A DNA stretch of 64,000 nt from Candidatus Curtissbacteria bacterium. GTDB taxonomy: Bacteria; Patescibacteriota; Microgenomatia; Curtissbacterales; GWA2-41-24. The position numbers and the translations under genes were made by a program. The notes beneath the pieces are model-generated. The model was not told the origin of the DNA and did no database searches. It saw only the letters and a program-made list of their open reading frames with translations. Position 1 is the first letter of the stretch, and each line of letters starts with the position of its first letter. Shown here piece by piece: positions 48,397 to 61,064 of this stretch. The stretch is taken from NCBI GenBank assembly GCA_038326365.1, contig JBBQJY010000002.1:17960-81959 (forward strand), written 5' to 3'.

Positions 48397-49581
48397 ATGA
48401 ATTACTTTAAAAATTATAAATTGTTTTGTCCAGGGCCTGTTAACACCCACTTTTCAGTAAAGAAAGCCGCGGCTTCTTATGAAATCGGCCATCGCGAACC
48501 AGAGTTTTCAACTATTTTAACCTCCCTCAATAAGAAAATCTTAGATCTGTTTGTAGCAAATAACTCCGAACGATACCATCCTGTTTTTATAACCGGCTCC
48601 GGAACTGCCGCAAACGAAGCAGTTTTTGCGAGCATTGGTAAAAAAATTAAAGTATTAATCATTGCAAATGGAGAATTTGGTGAGCGACTTTTTGAAATTT
48701 CACAGCTGCATAACAATGCTGAGATTTTATCGTTTGAATGGGGTGAATCAATAAATTTGGTTCAGGTTGAAAAAAAGATTAAACAATTAAAACCGGATTT
48801 TGTGGCGGTTGTTCATCATGAAACTTCAACCGGTATGCTGAACCCTATCGAAAAAATTGGCCAAATTTGCAATCAGAATGGGATTAAGCTTTTTATTGAT
48901 GCAGTTTCAAGTCTTGGAGCCGAAAAAATTGATCTTGACAAAGTGGGCTTTGCTTTTCTTACCAGCTCATCCGGCAAAGCTATCGCCTCACTTCCTGGAA
49001 TCGGAATAATAATCGGCAAGAATGAAGAATTTCAGACCCTGAAAAATGTGAAAGGAAATGTTGCTTATCTAAATCTTTATAAACTGTACGTTTGGTCAAT
49101 AACTTTGGCCCAAACTCCCTGTACTCCAGCTGTACAATTATTTTGTGCACTCGAACAGGCAGTCAGCAATATTTTAAATGAAGATCCCGAATCCAGACGA
49201 GACTATATTCGTGCTCTGGCTGAGAAATTAAGAGATGGTCTCAAAGGCCTTGGTTTTGAATTCTTAATTGACGAATCGGAAATGTGCTCGATGCTAACTA
49301 CCGTGAAAGTACCGGAATTTATTAGAATAGAAAGTCTAAAAGACAATCTCAGGCAGCAAAATATTATAGTTTATAACGGCAAAGGTCCCTTGAAAGACAA
49401 ATTTTTTCAAATAGCAAATATTGGCAATATAAAACCCAAGGACGTTGATTATCTTCTAAAAACACTTGAGTCAATTATGGCTCCGTTTAGACTAACTAAG
49501 TTCAAAGATGTTAATGTCATTTCTAGAATGATTGATGAAAAAAGGCTTCGCGACGCAGCTATAACCAAAAGCGCAAACTAG
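48397..49581 (+). CDS. class V PLP enzyme (2-aminoethylphosphonate aminotransferase-like)
   Basis: LFCPGP, GSGTAANEA, NGEFGER, HHETSTG, DAVSS, SSGK, QTPCTP. Confidence 0.88.
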   Translation: MNYFKNYKLFCPGPVNTHFSVKKAAASYEIGHREPEFSTILTSLNKKILDLFVANNSERYHPVFITGSGTAANEAVFASIGKKIKVLIIANGEFGERLFEISQLHNNAEILSFEWGESINLVQVEKKIKQLKPDFVAVVHHETSTGMLNPIEKIGQICNQNGIKLFIDAVSSLGAEKIDLDKVGFAFLTSSSGKAIASLPGIGIIIGKNEEFQTLKNVKGNVAYLNLYKLYVWSITLAQTPCTPAVQLFCALEQAVSNILNEDPESRRDYIRALAEKLRDGLKGLGFEFLIDESEMCSMLTTVKVPEFIRIESLKDNLRQQNIIVYNGKGPLKDKFFQIANIGNIKPKDVDYLLKTLESIMAPFRLTKFKDVNVISRMIDEKRLRDAAITKSAN

Positions 49582-49594
49582 CAATACTCCGTTC

Positions 49595-50389
49595 ATGAAG
49601 AATCCTATATTACAGACTAAAATTATCGAACAGCCCTACTTTAGCAATTGGGCTGACCAGGTTTTTCCTAGAGTAGCGAACAAAATTTTGCCGGTGATAA
49701 TTTCTTTTGATTTCATTACTCCGAATGTTGTGACAATCGTCAGCTTTCTTATCTATTTCTTAGGTTGTTTTTGTCTTTTTATTAACTTTCCAAATCATTT
49801 GATTTTTGCTTCAGTTCTTTTACCCATCTCCTATATAGGGGATTGCTTGGACGGACAATTAGCACGTTCTAAGAAAGTTTTTTCCGATCTTGGCAACTTT
49901 CTTGATAAAGTTTTGGACGTTTTAAAAATATTTATAATTTGCGGATCGCTATCTCTAGCTGTTTATTGGCAAAAACAAAACGTTTTATATATTTATCTAG
50001 GTTTTATTGCCTGCTTCTTCTTTTGTTGGCGATACTATATAAAACTTGAAACTATATTATCAGCAATTGGCCGCGACCCGCGATATTTGCAGAAATCAAG
50101 GGAAAAAAAGGAGGAGCTCAATAGTAGATTATCTATAAACTACGCAAAACTAAAGTCAACTTTCTTGGGAAGGTTAAAATTATTTTGGTTTTGGAACAGA
50201 ACAATATTTTTTGTAGATGAAGCAGAATTTGTTGTTTTTACATCTGTTTGTGCGCTAGTTAATAGGCTAGATATTGCTTTGTTAATTTTGGCGATTAGCC
50301 AGTTGGCAATTGGTACATTTCGATTTTTTGAACGAGCAAAACAAACAAACTCCAGGTCAGCTCGACTTCTTCTACCCATGCGAAAATAA
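49595..50389 (+). CDS. CDP-alcohol phosphatidyltransferase family protein
   Basis: ITPNVVT, DCLDGQLAR...SDLGNFLDKVLD signature. Confidence 0.92.
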   Translation: MKNPILQTKIIEQPYFSNWADQVFPRVANKILPVIISFDFITPNVVTIVSFLIYFLGCFCLFINFPNHLIFASVLLPISYIGDCLDGQLARSKKVFSDLGNFLDKVLDVLKIFIICGSLSLAVYWQKQNVLYIYLGFIACFFFCWRYYIKLETILSAIGRDPRYLQKSREKKEELNSRLSINYAKLKSTFLGRLKLFWFWNRTIFFVDEAEFVVFTSVCALVNRLDIALLILAISQLAIGTFRFFERAKQTNSRSARLLLPMRK

Positions 50390-50437
50390 ATCTTTCGCCA
50401 ATATTGCAACTTTTTTCTAATTCATTATAATTTCTCT

Positions 50438-51160
50438 ATGAAAGCGGTAATACTTGCAGCGGGAATAGGATCCAGAATAAGACCACTGACAAATGATAAA
50501 CCCAAAAGTCTCTTGTCAATAAATGGCAAAACAATTCTTCAAAGAATGCTTGAAAATATAAAGGCTGCTGGACTAACCCAAATTATCATTATTACAGGAT
50601 ATTTAGAAAACCAAATCAAAAATTTTGTTCTAAAAGAATTTCCCGATCTCGACGTTAACTTCTGTACAAATAATATCTACCACAAAACAAATACAGCCTA
50701 TTCACTGCTTTTGGCGAAAGATTTTGTAGCCAACGATGATTTTATTAAATTTGATGCAGATGTAGTTTTTGAACTTGAAATATTAAAAAGATTGGTTAAA
50801 TGTCCCAATTCAGCCTTGGCAATAGACAGAAATATAAATTTGGACGCTGAGGAAATAAAAGTGCGAGTTGAAAAAGGAAAAATAGTTGAAGTTGGAAAGA
50901 AAATCAAACCATCTTTGGCTCTTGGTGAATCAATTGGAATAGAAAAAGTGACAAACGCAGCGGCCCAGATATTTTTGGGGCAATTGGAGCTCTTGATGCA
51001 GAAGCCGGAAAACTTTAACGAGTATTATGATGATTCTTATCCCAAAATTGTGGAAGCAGGTCTTCCATTTGAAGCGGTCGATATAACCGGGCTAAAGTGG
51101 GTCGAAATTGATACATTGCAAGACTATGAACTAGCTCAAAAAACCTTTTCAAAAAATTAA
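50438..51160 (+). CDS. LicC/PntC-like phosphocholine or phosphonate cytidylyltransferase
   Basis: ILAAGIGSR..PLT..KPK, TNTAYSL, DADV, GESIGI, WVEIDT..D. Confidence 0.88.
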   Translation: MKAVILAAGIGSRIRPLTNDKPKSLLSINGKTILQRMLENIKAAGLTQIIIITGYLENQIKNFVLKEFPDLDVNFCTNNIYHKTNTAYSLLLAKDFVANDDFIKFDADVVFELEILKRLVKCPNSALAIDRNINLDAEEIKVRVEKGKIVEVGKKIKPSLALGESIGIEKVTNAAAQIFLGQLELLMQKPENFNEYYDDSYPKIVEAGLPFEAVDITGLKWVEIDTLQDYELAQKTFSKN

Positions 51161-51170
51161 GCATAAGATT

Positions 51171-51800
51171 CTAAAAACTCCCCTGCAAGTTCACACTGCG
51201 CTTACGATAAATATAAAAATATGGTGCTATGCCCAAAAGATTCAAAGCAGCCGCCAGCAAAAATAACAGATCAAAACCATACCTGGTCGCAATAAAGCCC
51301 CCAAAGATTCCAGCAATTGCCATACCCGTAAAGGGCAGGGCGTCATACAAACTCCATTCAGTAGAGGCCTTGGTTTTATCAATGTGATTGGAAAAAAGGG
51401 CCAATTTACATGGTGAGGAAATTCCCAAACCGATTCCAATTAAAACGTAAGCCCCAAAAATCATCAAAAAATTAGAAGAAAAAATAAAACCAATGTAAGC
51501 AAAGGTCACTATTGTCATCCCCAAAATTATCATTGTCAGTTTCGAGACTTCGCTAATGCCATTTAAAAACTTCCCGCTCAAAAGTTCGGCTATTACTCTT
51601 GCTATTAAATACGTACTGTATGCACCTGCAACCGTTTCTACGTTTCCCCCTTTTATACGACTTATGACAAAAAGGGCAATTATTGGAAAAACAAAATTCC
51701 AGCTAGACCACAACAACGTCTCCGAAATGAGAAATGCCTTGACAATAAAATTGGATTGGAAGTGCGATGGCCGCCTGGAAAGAAAAGGTTCTCTTATCAC
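51171..51800 (-). CDS. half-size MFS-type membrane protein (about 6 TM)
   Basis: 209 aa; MFS-like helices ending in GGFIATRYGFDLLF. Confidence 0.7.
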   Translation of the reverse strand: MIREPFLSRRPSHFQSNFIVKAFLISETLLWSSWNFVFPIIALFVISRIKGGNVETVAGAYSTYLIARVIAELLSGKFLNGISEVSKLTMIILGMTIVTFAYIGFIFSSNFLMIFGAYVLIGIGLGISSPCKLALFSNHIDKTKASTEWSLYDALPFTGMAIAGIFGGFIATRYGFDLLFLLAAALNLLGIAPYFYIYRKRSVNLQGSF

Positions 51801-51927
51801 AACTTCAGTCTATCAAAAGCCTCAACTTCTTGCCTAATTTTCAATTCTTTGTTAATATTTGCGCAAAAGGACTTCTTGGGCCAACCCGAAAGCCCTTTTT
51901 TTGGAATTTAAAAGTATAATTAAAAAA

Positions 51928-52889
<962 letters not shown>

Positions 52890-52974
52890 TTAGGTAACTA
52901 GGTTACTTGGCTACTACAATCTAGGTAACCTCAAATTCCCTAGCGACCTAGAAGCCCAGTCACCTGGAGACCTA
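52890..52974. repeat. degenerate ~9-bp tandem/inverted repeats between atpE and atpF
   Basis: TAGGTAACT-AGGTTACT-TGGCTACT ... CTAGGTAACC ... CCTAGCGACCTAG ... CCAGTCACCTGGAGACCTA. Confidence 0.5.
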
Positions 52975-53481
52975 ATGGAAATATTAAAAAATTTCGGGGT
53001 AGAACCTACCCTACTGTTTGGTCAGATTGTAAACTTTCTGGTAATCCTTTTTTTGTTAAGGAAATTTTTCTTTGGCAAAATTATGGGAATGCTCGAAGAT
53101 AGAAAAAAGAAAATTGAAGAAAGCCTACAAAATGCCGACCTTATCGAGAAAAGACTTGCAGAAACCGAACAAAAGAGCGCACAAATTTTAGAAAACGCCC
53201 AGAAACAAGCGCAAATTTTACTCAACCAAGCAAAATCTGAAGCGCAAAACATTGCAAACCAGGCAAACCTAGACTCAAGACAAGCTATGGAAGAAACCCT
53301 AAAAGCAGCTCAAAGCCAAATCGAGGCGCAAAAAGAGCAGATGCAAAAAGAAATTCAAGCAGAAACCTTATCTTTAGTGTCTGTCATCGTTCAAAAAGTG
53401 CTGGGCAGAACCCTTAAGGGTTCTGAAAAACAAATTCTCACTCAACAGGCAATTGGCGAAATTACCAGAAAAGTATCATGA
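52975..53481 (+). CDS. atpF: ATP synthase subunit b
   Basis: QIVNFLVILFLL TM followed by a coiled coil. Confidence 0.93.
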   Translation: MEILKNFGVEPTLLFGQIVNFLVILFLLRKFFFGKIMGMLEDRKKKIEESLQNADLIEKRLAETEQKSAQILENAQKQAQILLNQAKSEAQNIANQANLDSRQAMEETLKAAQSQIEAQKEQMQKEIQAETLSLVSVIVQKVLGRTLKGSEKQILTQQAIGEITRKVS

Positions 53482-53855
53482 ACAAAAAAAATATAAATAA
53501 CATAGCAAAAACCTTATTTAAAAAAAGTATCACAGATGGTTTAGTGGACGAAAATAAAGTAAGAGTTATCTTAAAAGAATTGACTTCTATTCGCCCGGTT
53601 GGCCTGACCACAATTTTAAAAACATACAAACGACTTTTGTTAGAAAAACTTTCGTTTGAGGAAGTGATTTTGGAGACGAATGATAGAATAACTCTTCAAA
53701 AGAACTATGTGGATGAAATTAAGAAAAAAACGGGAGCAGTAAGAATTAACAATCAGACAAACCAGCAAATTGTTTTCGGAGCGAAAATCACCCATGGAGA
53801 CTGGATTTACGACGACACACTCGAAAGTAAATTAGACCAAATAGTCAAAGCTTAA
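53478..53855 (+). CDS. atpH: ATP synthase subunit delta (short)
   Basis: Position in the operon; C-terminal G.KI..GD.IYD.TL..KL. Confidence 0.8.
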   Translation: MNKKNINNIAKTLFKKSITDGLVDENKVRVILKELTSIRPVGLTTILKTYKRLLLEKLSFEEVILETNDRITLQKNYVDEIKKKTGAVRINNQTNQQIVFGAKITHGDWIYDDTLESKLDQIVKA

Positions 53856-53856
53856 A

Positions 53857-55422
53857 ATGACGACAATAATCGAAGAAATCGAAAAACAAATAGAAAAAGC
53901 AAAAATCGGCACGACCGCCAAGAATATCGGCACGATTTTAGAGCTCGGAGATGGAGTTGCCAGGGTTTCAGGCCTTTCGGGCGCCTCCGCTTCAGAGTTA
54001 ATCGCTTTCGAAAACAACATTTTTGGGCTTGCGCTTAATTTAGAAGAAGATTCGGTTGGAGTAGTTATCTTTGGAGATTGGACACAGCTCAAAGAAGGAG
54101 ACAAGTGCCAAACAACAGGCAAGATCTTCGAGGTGCCTGTCGGAGAAGAGTTAATTGGTCGAGTGGTTGACGCATTGGGAAATCCCCTAGACAACAAAGG
54201 TGCTGTAAAAACCAAAAAGACGTATCCAGCTGAAAAAATTGCGCCGGGAGTTATTTTTAGAAAGTCCGTTAACACCCCATTACAGACTGGCCTAAAAGCC
54301 ATCGATTCCATGATCCCCATTGGCCGTGGCCAACGAGAGCTTATTATTGGCGATCGCGGACTGGGCAAAACCGCAATTACTTTAGACACAATTATTAATC
54401 AGCGCGGTAAAGGTGTTATTTGTATCTACGTGGCAATTGGCCAGAAAACAAGCAAGATCGCACAAGTCATTTCCACTCTCGAAAAACACAAAGCCATGGA
54501 ACACACCATAATTGTCGTCGCCTCGGCTTCGGATTCTGCCACCATGCAATATGTTTCCCCTTATACGGGTTGTGCAATCGGTGAATACTTTATGGACCAA
54601 GGCAAAGATGCTCTTGTTGTTTTTGACGACCTTTCCAAGCATGCATGGGCTTACCGCCAACTCTCTCTCCTTCTGAAACGTCCCTCGGGCCGTGAAGCCT
54701 ACCCTGGAGATCTTTTTTATCTGCACTCAAGGCTACTCGAACGAGCTGCCAGAATGGACGAAAAATATGGTGGTGGATCCTTAACTGCGTTACCTATTAT
54801 CGAAACTCAAGCCGGAGACGTTTCGGCATACGTACCGACTAACGTCATTTCAATAACTGATGGCCAAATTTACCTTGAAGCCGACTTATTCAATTCTGGA
54901 GTTCGACCAGCCGTTAACCCAGGTATCTCAGTTTCGCGTGTCGGCGGGGCCGCCCAAACAAAAATGATGAAGCAAGTCGCAGGCACACTTAGGCTCGATC
55001 TTTCACAGTATAGATCTTTGGCAGCTTTTGCTCAGTTTGGAAGCGACCTTGACGAAACCACTAGACAAAGACTTGAGCGTGGTAAAAGGATCGTCGAAGT
55101 TTTGAAACAACCTCAGCTTGCACCTATGGATGTTGCTTCGCAAGTTGTAGTTCTTTGGGCAGTAACGAGTGGTCACTTCGACTCCATTCCACTGGACAAA
55201 ATAGAAGAACGAGAAGCTCGAATCCTCTCACTTTTGGAAGCGAACAAAAAACTTAAAGACTATTTAACCGACAAAAAAGTAATCGACGATTTTGCCAAAA
55301 AAGAGCTTGAGAAAATGATCTCAGGTAAGGTTACTAATGACTCCGATGAGAGTAAATCAAAAGAAGAGCCCAAAACAAAATCGGCAAAGAAACCATTAAT
55401 CAAAAAAAAGAAGAAATTTTAA
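53857..55422 (+). CDS. atpA: ATP synthase subunit alpha
   Basis: [37 protein letters not shown]. Confidence 0.98.
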   Translation: MTTIIEEIEKQIEKAKIGTTAKNIGTILELGDGVARVSGLSGASASELIAFENNIFGLALNLEEDSVGVVIFGDWTQLKEGDKCQTTGKIFEVPVGEELIGRVVDALGNPLDNKGAVKTKKTYPAEKIAPGVIFRKSVNTPLQTGLKAIDSMIPIGRGQRELIIGDRGLGKTAITLDTIINQRGKGVICIYVAIGQKTSKIAQVISTLEKHKAMEHTIIVVASASDSATMQYVSPYTGCAIGEYFMDQGKDALVVFDDLSKHAWAYRQLSLLLKRPSGREAYPGDLFYLHSRLLERAARMDEKYGGGSLTALPIIETQAGDVSAYVPTNVISITDGQIYLEADLFNSGVRPAVNPGISVSRVGGAAQTKMMKQVAGTLRLDLSQYRSLAAFAQFGSDLDETTRQRLERGKRIVEVLKQPQLAPMDVASQVVVLWAVTSGHFDSIPLDKIEEREARILSLLEANKKLKDYLTDKKVIDDFAKKELEKMISGKVTNDSDESKSKEEPKTKSAKKPLIKKKKKF

Positions 55423-55428
55423 CAAAAA

Positions 55429-58065
<2,637 letters not shown>

Positions 58066-58083
58066 TTGAATAAACCCATCCGA

Positions 58084-58611
58084 ATGGCCTATCGCTCCAT
58101 AACTTTATCTGGTCCAGTTGCCTCAGGTACCACCACAGCTGCCAAAAACCTTGCCCAAAAGCTAGGGCTTGAACTTCACATAGCCGGTGATTTTTTTCGC
58201 GACTATATGATAAAACACAATATTCCCCTGCCCAACAAAGAAGAAATTCCAGATGATATTGACAGAAAAGTCGACAAAGAATTAACCGATACTTTAGCCT
58301 CTGAAAAAAGCGTCGTTGTCGATGGACTCTATTACGGATATTTCGCCAAGAATATGCCTTTCGTTTTAAAGGTCCTGTTAACAGCAGACGAGAACGAAAG
58401 GATCGCCAGAGCCTTAAGGCGAATTTCCACCCACAAAGAAACCGCCAACGACGTCAAAAAACGTGACCAAGCGCACGATATTAAGTTTAGAAAACTTTAT
58501 GCAGACGAAAACTTTATGGACCCTAAATTTTTTGACTTAATAATCGATACAACTAATACAACAGAAGACGAAGTTGCCGCAAAAATAATTGAGAAATTTA
58601 ATTCAAACTAA
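58084..58611 (+). CDS. cytidylate kinase-like protein (archaeal / Cytidylate_kin2 type)
   Basis: ITLSGPVASGTTT, AGDFFR, D..VD, RD.....F..LY, FDLIIDT. Confidence 0.8.
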   Translation: MAYRSITLSGPVASGTTTAAKNLAQKLGLELHIAGDFFRDYMIKHNIPLPNKEEIPDDIDRKVDKELTDTLASEKSVVVDGLYYGYFAKNMPFVLKVLLTADENERIARALRRISTHKETANDVKKRDQAHDIKFRKLYADENFMDPKFFDLIIDTTNTTEDEVAAKIIEKFNSN

Positions 58612-59391
58612 AATCCGTGATGCTAGACCAAACTTCATATTCAGCGCTTTGATAAAGTGGTGCTGCGACAAATATCCAAATTTAACTCTCTCTTTTGCTT
58701 TAAATATTTGAACAGTTTGGCCTGGCATTACTTTAGTGTGTTCCTGCCCGTCGATAATTACTGAGACTTCGTCACCTCTAACTACCTCAATTCCAATTTC
58801 ATCATTTGCCGAAATGACAGCAGATGGAATCGGCAAACCAATGGGACTCACAGGCGTAATCGAAAAAGAATCCAGTTCTGGATCCACGATAGGACCCCCA
58901 GAGGACAAAGAATAAGCAGTCGAGCCAGTTTGTGTTGCCACAATTACACCGTCACCAAGAATTTTTAAAAACTCTTCACCATTTACATGTACTTTTAACT
59001 CAACCACACGATATAAGCCTTTGATTACAGCTTCATTTACACCTCGAAACAGCTTTCCCTCTACTTTGGCATTCAGGAACATACGCTCGGACACAAAAAT
59101 CTTTCCTTCGATTATTGCGTCAACTGCTATTTGCCAATCAACTGCCTCAACAGAAGTTAAAAACCCTAAATTGCCGGTATTGATTCCAACAAAAGTCGCG
59201 CTAAGGTCTGCAAACTCGCAAGCCTTGTGGATAAGCGTTCCATCTCCTCCAAAAGAAAGGACAAAATCAGCGCCCCCCAAATTCTCACCCATCAGTATCT
59301 CAACGTTTTTGTTCTCGAGATACTTTCGGACAACCTGGACCAAATCCTCAGCTTTTTTCATCCCTTCTTTATATACAATTCCAACCTTCAT
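58603..59391 (-). CDS. nadK: NAD kinase
   Basis: GGDGT, GNLGFL, NE, DGVIVATQTGSTAYSLSSGGP. Confidence 0.95.
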   Translation of the reverse strand: MKVGIVYKEGMKKAEDLVQVVRKYLENKNVEILMGENLGGADFVLSFGGDGTLIHKACEFADLSATFVGINTGNLGFLTSVEAVDWQIAVDAIIEGKIFVSERMFLNAKVEGKLFRGVNEAVIKGLYRVVELKVHVNGEEFLKILGDGVIVATQTGSTAYSLSSGGPIVDPELDSFSITPVSPIGLPIPSAVISANDEIGIEVVRGDEVSVIIDGQEHTKVMPGQTVQIFKAKERVKFGYLSQHHFIKALNMKFGLASRILV

Positions 59392-60236
59392 TGGGTTTCC
59401 TCACCCTCCCCGCTCGAAACTCTCATAACAACTGCGGTAATATCATCTAATTTTGACCTATACAGGCCCCTCATCGATTTGGTTTTTGCTCTATCCACTA
59501 GATTTTGTGCAATATCTCCTCGAGCTTGAAGAATTTCATGAATTTCGTCACTAGTTAAATTATCATTGACACCGTCTGTAGTGAATAAAAAAATATCTTC
59601 ATTTCGCAAATCACAAACGTATGGATTAATTCCGGGAGCTTCTCTCGAACCTATAGACGAAGTAATAATATTTCTATCTTTAAACTTCAACAACTCTTCC
59701 ATTGTAAGCTCGTCAGCGCTTTCTACCGAATCAAACTTTGCGGTTAAACTACGGTCGAATATATTGTCGTCCTCAGTTATTCTTTTAAACTTGCCACCCC
59801 TCAAAAGATAAGCTCTCGAGTCTCCAACATTTGCAATAAATATGTTTTTTTTACCATCTTTTTCAAAAGTTCTGCCAATTACCACAGTAGTCCTTCCCTC
59901 ATCAAGAGACTCAAGTATTTTAGTATTTGCCCGTTGAACAGCTTGATACACTTTCTCCTCGACAGCGCTGTAACCCAAAACGTCTTTTCCGATTAGAGAA
60001 GTTGTCAAAGAATCAAGCGCAACCCGACTTGCTTCCGCACCTCCCTTTAAACCCCCTACACCGTCTAGTACCGCCACCCAACCATCCCCGAATCCAAAAG
60101 CATCCTCGTTTTTATCAGGATGATCAATACTCGCCTCAGTAGCGCTCGAAAATTTTAAATGGATTTCAGGCTTAGGTGCTGCTTCTTTAGAAGTTGAGCT
60201 AAGCTTTTCATCAGCTTCTTGTTTTTTCCAAAACAT
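59388..60236 (-). CDS. PP2C/PPM family protein phosphatase
   Basis: NEDA, DGVGG, TT, NVGDSRAY, RNIIT, TDG, DDIT. Confidence 0.92.
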   Translation of the reverse strand: MFWKKQEADEKLSSTSKEAAPKPEIHLKFSSATEASIDHPDKNEDAFGFGDGWVAVLDGVGGLKGGAEASRVALDSLTTSLIGKDVLGYSAVEEKVYQAVQRANTKILESLDEGRTTVVIGRTFEKDGKKNIFIANVGDSRAYLLRGGKFKRITEDDNIFDRSLTAKFDSVESADELTMEELLKFKDRNIITSSIGSREAPGINPYVCDLRNEDIFLFTTDGVNDNLTSDEIHEILQARGDIAQNLVDRAKTKSMRGLYRSKLDDITAVVMRVSSGEGEETQ

Positions 60237-60286
60237 AATCAGTCCTTATCTGAATTTTAACATTATGCTAAAATTAGGCACAGATT

Positions 60287-60511
60287 GGGTCGGTAGCTCA
60301 ACCCTTAGAGCGCCACTCTTGAATTGCCGAATGTTGGGCGCATAGCTCAGCGGTTAGAGCATCACTCTTATAAGGTGAGGGTCCTTGGTTCAAATCCAAG
60401 TGCGCCCACCATTCGGCTATATATCAGGAGCTTCATTGCAGCTGGCTAATAAGAGGCGGATGTCCCTTGTTCGCTTTTTCCCGGAGAAACAAATTTATCC
60501 AACATGGCCCA
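60287..60511 (+). other. degenerate tRNA-like shell surrounding tRNA-Ile(UAU)
   Basis: 5' half GGGTCGG-TA-GCTC-AACCCTTA-GAGC-GCCACTCTT (60287-60320); 3' half ATAAGAGGCGGATGT...GTTCG...ATCCAACATGGCCC-A (60449-60511); extended -10 TGCTAAAAT at 60266-60274. Confidence 0.6.
60336..60411 (+). tRNA. tRNA-Ile(UAU) with encoded CCA
   Basis: GGGCGCA/TGCGCCC acceptor stem; TCACT-CTTATAA-GGTGA anticodon arm; CTTGG-TTCAAAT-CCAAG T-arm; ACCA end. Confidence 0.95.
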
Positions 60512-60571
60512 CAAAGTATTTCCTACAAAACTTTATTGGGCACGAAGAAAACCCTCTGATATGATTAACCC

Positions 60572-60679
60572 ATGCCAGAATTTGATGATGTACAAAGTGA
60601 TCACACAAATCCACTCAAGGGGTCAAAAGAAGATCCCAGCGTAAATCCCTATGCAAAAGCTCGTAAATCAAACAACTAA
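60572..60679 (+). CDS. putative 35-aa small protein (absent from the ORF track)
   Basis: MPEFDDVQSDHTNPLKGSKEDPSVNPYAKARKSNN; TATGAT 6 nt before the ATG. Confidence 0.45.
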   Translation: MPEFDDVQSDHTNPLKGSKEDPSVNPYAKARKSNN

Positions 60680-60697
60680 GTTCACAGCTCTTAATAA

Positions 60698-61036
60698 TTA
60701 AAACCTTGGGTAACAGTCCGTATTTGCTATTGCCTGGATATCTCCTTCGGACTTCCAACAATACCCATTTAAATACAAGCTAGAATTTTCCCCAGTAGTT
60801 GATACATTGTAAGTATATTCCGCCCAATTAATATTTTTTACCTCTCCCCTTTTCATAACCTGGTCTAAACTTGTAGGGAAACGTCCGTCTTCAATCTGGT
60901 AAATTGTCAAAAAGTGGCCTACTTGAACAAGATTATATCTTGTGAGCACATCTTTGGCTTGGCTCTCGACATAAGCACCACCGCCTAAGGTTCCAGCAAT
61001 TACTATGGCAGCAATAATTGGAGTTAGAAAACCCAT
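60698..61036 (-). CDS. pilin/pseudopilin-like protein with an atypical N-terminus
   Basis: N-terminal hydrophobic helix; LTIYQIEDGRFPTSL resembles the GspG pattern; no Glu5. Confidence 0.55.
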   Translation of the reverse strand: MGFLTPIIAAIVIAGTLGGGAYVESQAKDVLTRYNLVQVGHFLTIYQIEDGRFPTSLDQVMKRGEVKNINWAEYTYNVSTTGENSSLYLNGYCWKSEGDIQAIANTDCYPRF

Positions 61037-61064
61037 TTAATCTCTAAAAGTGGCAGTTGGGAAA

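Noticed and set aside
60287-60511. tmRNA or a group I intron-containing tRNA
   Set aside because: It has a true D-arm, no tag ORF or tmRNA 3' end, and the 128-nt insert is mostly the inner tRNA, too short for a group I core
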